The translations under genes were made by a program, and so were the position numbers. Source: a virus (taxonomy: Duplodnaviria; Caudoviricetes). From it: a DNA stretch of 28,917 nucleotides. The stretch lies in IMG/VR virus record IMGVR_UViG_3300021962_000484, positions 1 to 28,917 of that record. One strand, written 5' to 3'. How positions within the stretch are numbered: the stretch's first letter is position 1; every line of letters starts with the position of its first letter. The notes under the pieces were generated by a model. The model had not been told where the DNA came from. It searched no databases and was given only the letters and a program-made list of their open reading frames with translations. Below, one piece after another: positions 26,556-28,917 of the stretch.

Positions 26556-26578
26556 GTCCATAAATATGTTTATTTAAT

Positions 26579-26603
26579 AAAAAAGGCCCATATATTGGAC
26601 CTT
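26579..26603 (-). terminator. Intrinsic terminator
   Basis: Minus strand AAGGTCCA-ATATA-TGGGCCTT followed by a T run. Confidence 0.65.
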
Positions 26604-26604
26604 C

Positions 26605-26633
26605 CTCCCATACGCTTTAATACGTATATACGG
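26605..26633. repeat. Left copy of 29-bp imperfect inverted repeat
   Basis: Reverse complement CCGTATATacgtATtAAaGCGTATGGGAG matches 27998-28026 at 23/29 positions without gaps. Confidence 0.6.
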
Positions 26634-26638
26634 ATATA

Positions 26639-27085
26639 TTAGAAATATTTAACAAAAAAATACTTAGGTATTCCACTATGTTCCATGTCAATATGTTCAA
26701 CGTCTCCCCCACTTTTCTTGATGATATTAGCTATTGTAGGTAGATTTTTATTGATATCACCCCAATTAGAAACATTATATACCATATGGACATTACTATT
26801 GAATTTTAGTGTGTTATATTGGGATCTAGTGGATGGATCTATTAAACCAACAAAGGCATAATCCGGATTATAGTTTTTAAGTACATCCAATCCACCTGCA
26901 CTAAAACCAACTATAGCTGTTGTTTTAGGGTCGAGATTGCTTCTGATATTAGATAGTGGTGTACCATAAGGTACAATATAGAGTTCATATTGTGTTTTAA
27001 AGTGAGGAGGAAACTGTTTTTCCATCCATTGAGGTGTGGCGTAATACATTCCGCACCAAATAATAATTGTTTTAATGAGATACAT
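26639..27085 (-). CDS. Minimal alpha/beta-hydrolase fold protein
   Basis: Nucleophile elbow AIVGFSAGG (GxSxG), GLIDPS and C-terminal His (MEHSGIP); only 148 aa. Confidence 0.7.
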   Translation of the reverse strand: MYLIKTIIIWCGMYYATPQWMEKQFPPHFKTQYELYIVPYGTPLSNIRSNLDPKTTAIVGFSAGGLDVLKNYNPDYAFVGLIDPSTRSQYNTLKFNSNVHMVYNVSNWGDINKNLPTIANIIKKSGGDVEHIDMEHSGIPKYFFVKYF

Positions 27086-27088
27086 ACT

Positions 27089-27652
27089 TTAGTATTTAGT
27101 TTCAATGGTTTCAACACCTAATATAGCAGATAACACAATGTCATTATTCTCATAGAATAAAGGAAAATTTTCCTCGTCATCACATATTTTCAATAAGTCA
27201 TGTATGGTGTGACATTCTTGGTCTATGTAGTCAAGACAAGTTTCTTTATCTCTTTGTACCCATGTGAGAACATCTGCCATACCAGCAATTGTATCTAAAT
27301 CATCAGAGTTAGTAACAGTGCCCTGTCGTTTGATTTCCAAAATAGTATCATTGGCAATGTCCATGTAGTAATCTTCTACTAGCATACGAACACGTTGTTT
27401 CGCCTCTGAGAAATCAATTTTGATTGGAGTTTTAGAAATTGTTGGTGTGGCAAATTTCATATTGATAATACCGTCGTAGCAGTCTGAAAATGAAACTCCA
27501 GTTTCACGGGAATTGATGGCTGTGTTCCAAACTGTTTCTAATGTTTCTCTTTCACGTTGGGTGAGAGAACTTAGGTTTTCTGCTACCCACATTCCTGTTT
27601 CGGAGGGAGTATTACGAGTTGCTACTCGGATAAGTTGTTGTATCGGTGTCAT
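27089..27652 (-). CDS. Hypothetical protein
   Basis: 187-aa acidic ORF, co-oriented and closely packed. Confidence 0.65.
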   Translation of the reverse strand: MTPIQQLIRVATRNTPSETGMWVAENLSSLTQRERETLETVWNTAINSRETGVSFSDCYDGIINMKFATPTISKTPIKIDFSEAKQRVRMLVEDYYMDIANDTILEIKRQGTVTNSDDLDTIAGMADVLTWVQRDKETCLDYIDQECHTIHDLLKICDDEENFPLFYENNDIVLSAILGVETIETKY

Positions 27653-27797
27653 ATGATGAAAATTTTTCTACACATAAATCTGCTATGGTAAATGCTTGGT
27701 TAACAATTGCTCTGTTACCCATTTTTAAATTTGGGTTAGCACACAAACCTTGTACCGCTGCTGCTACAAAATATTCTCTTAAGTTATCTGTTTCCAT
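27612..27797 (-). CDS. Small conserved phage protein (LRDYFA-type)
   Basis: LREYFVAAAVQGL...AFTIAD resembles the widespread small phage protein pattern LRDYFAA.AMQG...AY..AD; immediately downstream of a promoter. Confidence 0.65.
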   Translation of the reverse strand: METDNLREYFVAAAVQGLCANPNLKMGNRAIVNQAFTIADLCVEKFSSYDTDTTTYPSSNS

Positions 27798-27801
27798 ATA
27801 T

Positions 27802-27833
27802 CTGAATATAAGTATATACTATGTCGATGCCAA
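27802..27833 (-). promoter_or_regulatory. Early promoter TTGGCA-N17-TATATTCAG
   Basis: Conserved motif; the ATG follows after only 4 nt. Confidence 0.7.
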
Positions 27834-27997
27834 AAGATTTTTAAAAAGAGAGATTTTGGGTTTTACCATTTGTGATGCAAAGGGGTATTTTGAAAATGTG
27901 GGTGTGTGATGGGAGCATATATATGTATATACAATCGATGCGCATAGATCGTTTACGATCTGATTTGTGTTCATTCGCACAGGACTATCAAGCACTA

Positions 27998-28026
27998 CCG
28001 TATATGGACATCAACGCGTATGGGAG
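27998..28026. repeat. Right copy of 29-bp imperfect inverted repeat
   Basis: CCGTATATggacATcAAcGCGTATGGGAG; see 26605-26633. Confidence 0.6.
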
Positions 28027-28082
28027 TATATTATGATTGTACCGTATATATATGTACCGTATACACGAGTAAGGCTGTGGGA

Positions 28083-28250
28083 TCATTTCTCAACCCACAC
28101 AGACACTGCTGCGGCAACTATTGCTACGCTAACAACCGAGAACATAGCTAGTAACTCATTGCTCTCGGCAATGATTGAAACCAACATGCCAGTCATTGAA
28201 GCGGCGAATGATACTACTAGTGCGAAATTGAATGCGATACTTTTTTTCAT
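28083..28250 (-). CDS. 55-aa two-TM membrane protein (not in ORF track)
   Basis: MKKSIAFNFALVVSFAASMTGMLVSIIAESNELLAMFSVVSVAIVAAAVSVWVEK; downstream of the conserved promoter and leader AATAATTAAAAATAATAAACACATG. Confidence 0.75.
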   Translation of the reverse strand: MKKSIAFNFALVVSFAASMTGMLVSIIAESNELLAMFSVVSVAIVAAAVSVWVEK

Positions 28251-28273
28251 GTGTTTATTATTTTTAATTATTA

Positions 28274-28305
28274 CTGAATATAATGTTTATGTTTTGGGAG
28301 GCCAA
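28274..28305 (-). promoter_or_regulatory. Early promoter TTGGCC-N17-TATATTCAG
   Basis: Conserved motif, intergenic. Confidence 0.75.
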
Positions 28306-28309
28306 ACTA

Positions 28310-28603
28310 TTATTCAACATCACCTTCCATAATGGCCTTCTTGAATTCAATATCTGCTTTTAATGCAGTTACAAATTCATCTATTTTTTTAGCATCGGCT
28401 TTGCTTTCATCACACGCGTAATTCAGAACACAACATTCTTGATGTGAGCGATGATAGTCGATTGTATCATCATATGTCTTGAAGTTGTCTTTTGAGAATG
28501 TAACATACGAACCATCAGCATCATCTGAAACTTGATAACCAAGTGATTCTACAAATTGGTAAACTGCTTTGTTGATTGTGTTTTTAATTTCTTTCTTTGT
28601 CAT
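28310..28603 (-). CDS. Hypothetical protein (start revised to 28603)
   Basis: The track's N-terminal extension runs through the promoter; MTKKEIKNTINK starts after the leader ATAATTAAAAAATTAAAACAC. Confidence 0.7.
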   Translation of the reverse strand: MTKKEIKNTINKAVYQFVESLGYQVSDDADGSYVTFSKDNFKTYDDTIDYHRSHQECCVLNYACDESKADAKKIDEFVTALKADIEFKKAIMEGDVE

Positions 28604-28626
28604 GTGTTTTAATTTTTTAATTATGG

Positions 28627-28658
28627 CTAAATATAACATCAGGGCCGGACGAGGCCAA
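28627..28658 (-). promoter_or_regulatory. Early promoter TTGGCC-N17-TATATTTAG
   Basis: Conserved motif (TTTG-N20-TATATTTA), similar to Bacteroidota -33 TTTG / -7 TAnnTTTG. Confidence 0.75.
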
Positions 28659-28668
28659 ACAGGAGGTA

Positions 28669-28911
28669 TTAATGGTTCAGTGAATAACAGAACAACCATC
28701 CACAATCATCATCATACATAGGTATTTCTTCTCCAATCAGATCTCCTAGTTTGAATAAAGTTTCACGGTCTAAACTTTTCCAATATCCAACTCTCAAATA
28801 ACGATCATCACCACGGAACTGGATTTCATTAATATTAAATCCTTGTTCAACTAAAATTTGTTCAATAGCTAATTCTACTTCTGATACTGGTTTTTCGTTT
28901 TCTAATCTCAT
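28669..28911 (-). CDS. Hypothetical protein
   Basis: 80-aa acidic ORF preceded by AACAC, the same pre-ATG context as neighbouring early genes. Confidence 0.65.
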   Translation of the reverse strand: MRLENEKPVSEVELAIEQILVEQGFNINEIQFRGDDRYLRVGYWKSLDRETLFKLGDLIGEEIPMYDDDCGWLFCYSLNH

Positions 28912-28917
28912 GTGTTA

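Noticed and set aside
27900-28070. CRISPR mini-array
   Set aside because: The repeats are only 9-12 bp and irregularly spaced, and there are no cas genes.
2331-28332. All plus-strand ORFs in the track (2331, 3295, 8309, 9305, 16784, 18056, 22078, 24335, 25479, 25696, 26227, 26911, 27646, 27967)
   Set aside because: They are antisense shadows of well-supported minus-strand genes, with no motifs, promoters or start context.

Overview
A 28.9-kb, very AT-rich piece of a large tailed (myovirus-type) phage genome, with essentially every gene on the minus strand. The host is most likely Bacteroidota, judging from the TTG-N20-TAnnTT(T/C)A promoters, the mostly SD-less A-rich translation starts and a Q-rule signal peptide. 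In transcription order (right to left) there are five parts. (1) An early/accessory region (~24.0-28.9 kb) of small genes, many with their own copy of a conserved promoter; it includes a DUF932-like protein, an AT-hook protein, a GNAT-like protein, an alpha/beta hydrolase and two small membrane proteins missing from the ORF track. (2) A small RNA cluster: tRNA-Arg(UCU), tRNA-Ile2(CAU), a 140-nt non-canonical tRNA-like RNA and a YkuK-like RNase H-fold gene. (3) An HD-domain nuclease and a gp55-like sigma factor. (4) A contractile-tail baseplate module: spike, muramidase fusion, gp25-like, gp6/J-like, DNRLRE-like, gpI-like wedge and tail-collar-like paralogues. (5) A GIY-YIG nuclease and the 5' part of a DNA primase. 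The most unusual item is the tRNA-like RNA at 23872-24011: it keeps perfect acceptor and T arms, has a hairpin inserted in the D loop, and has a branched variable arm with a loop exactly complementary to its own anticodon loop. Other notable items are CTA in place of CCA after all three tRNA-type genes, a 29-bp inverted repeat pair around a 1.4-kb gene block, a tail-collar domain apparently split across genes, and a recurrent [ST]-[GAS]-S tripeptide in virion proteins. All family assignments come from motifs recognised by eye; no searches were run.
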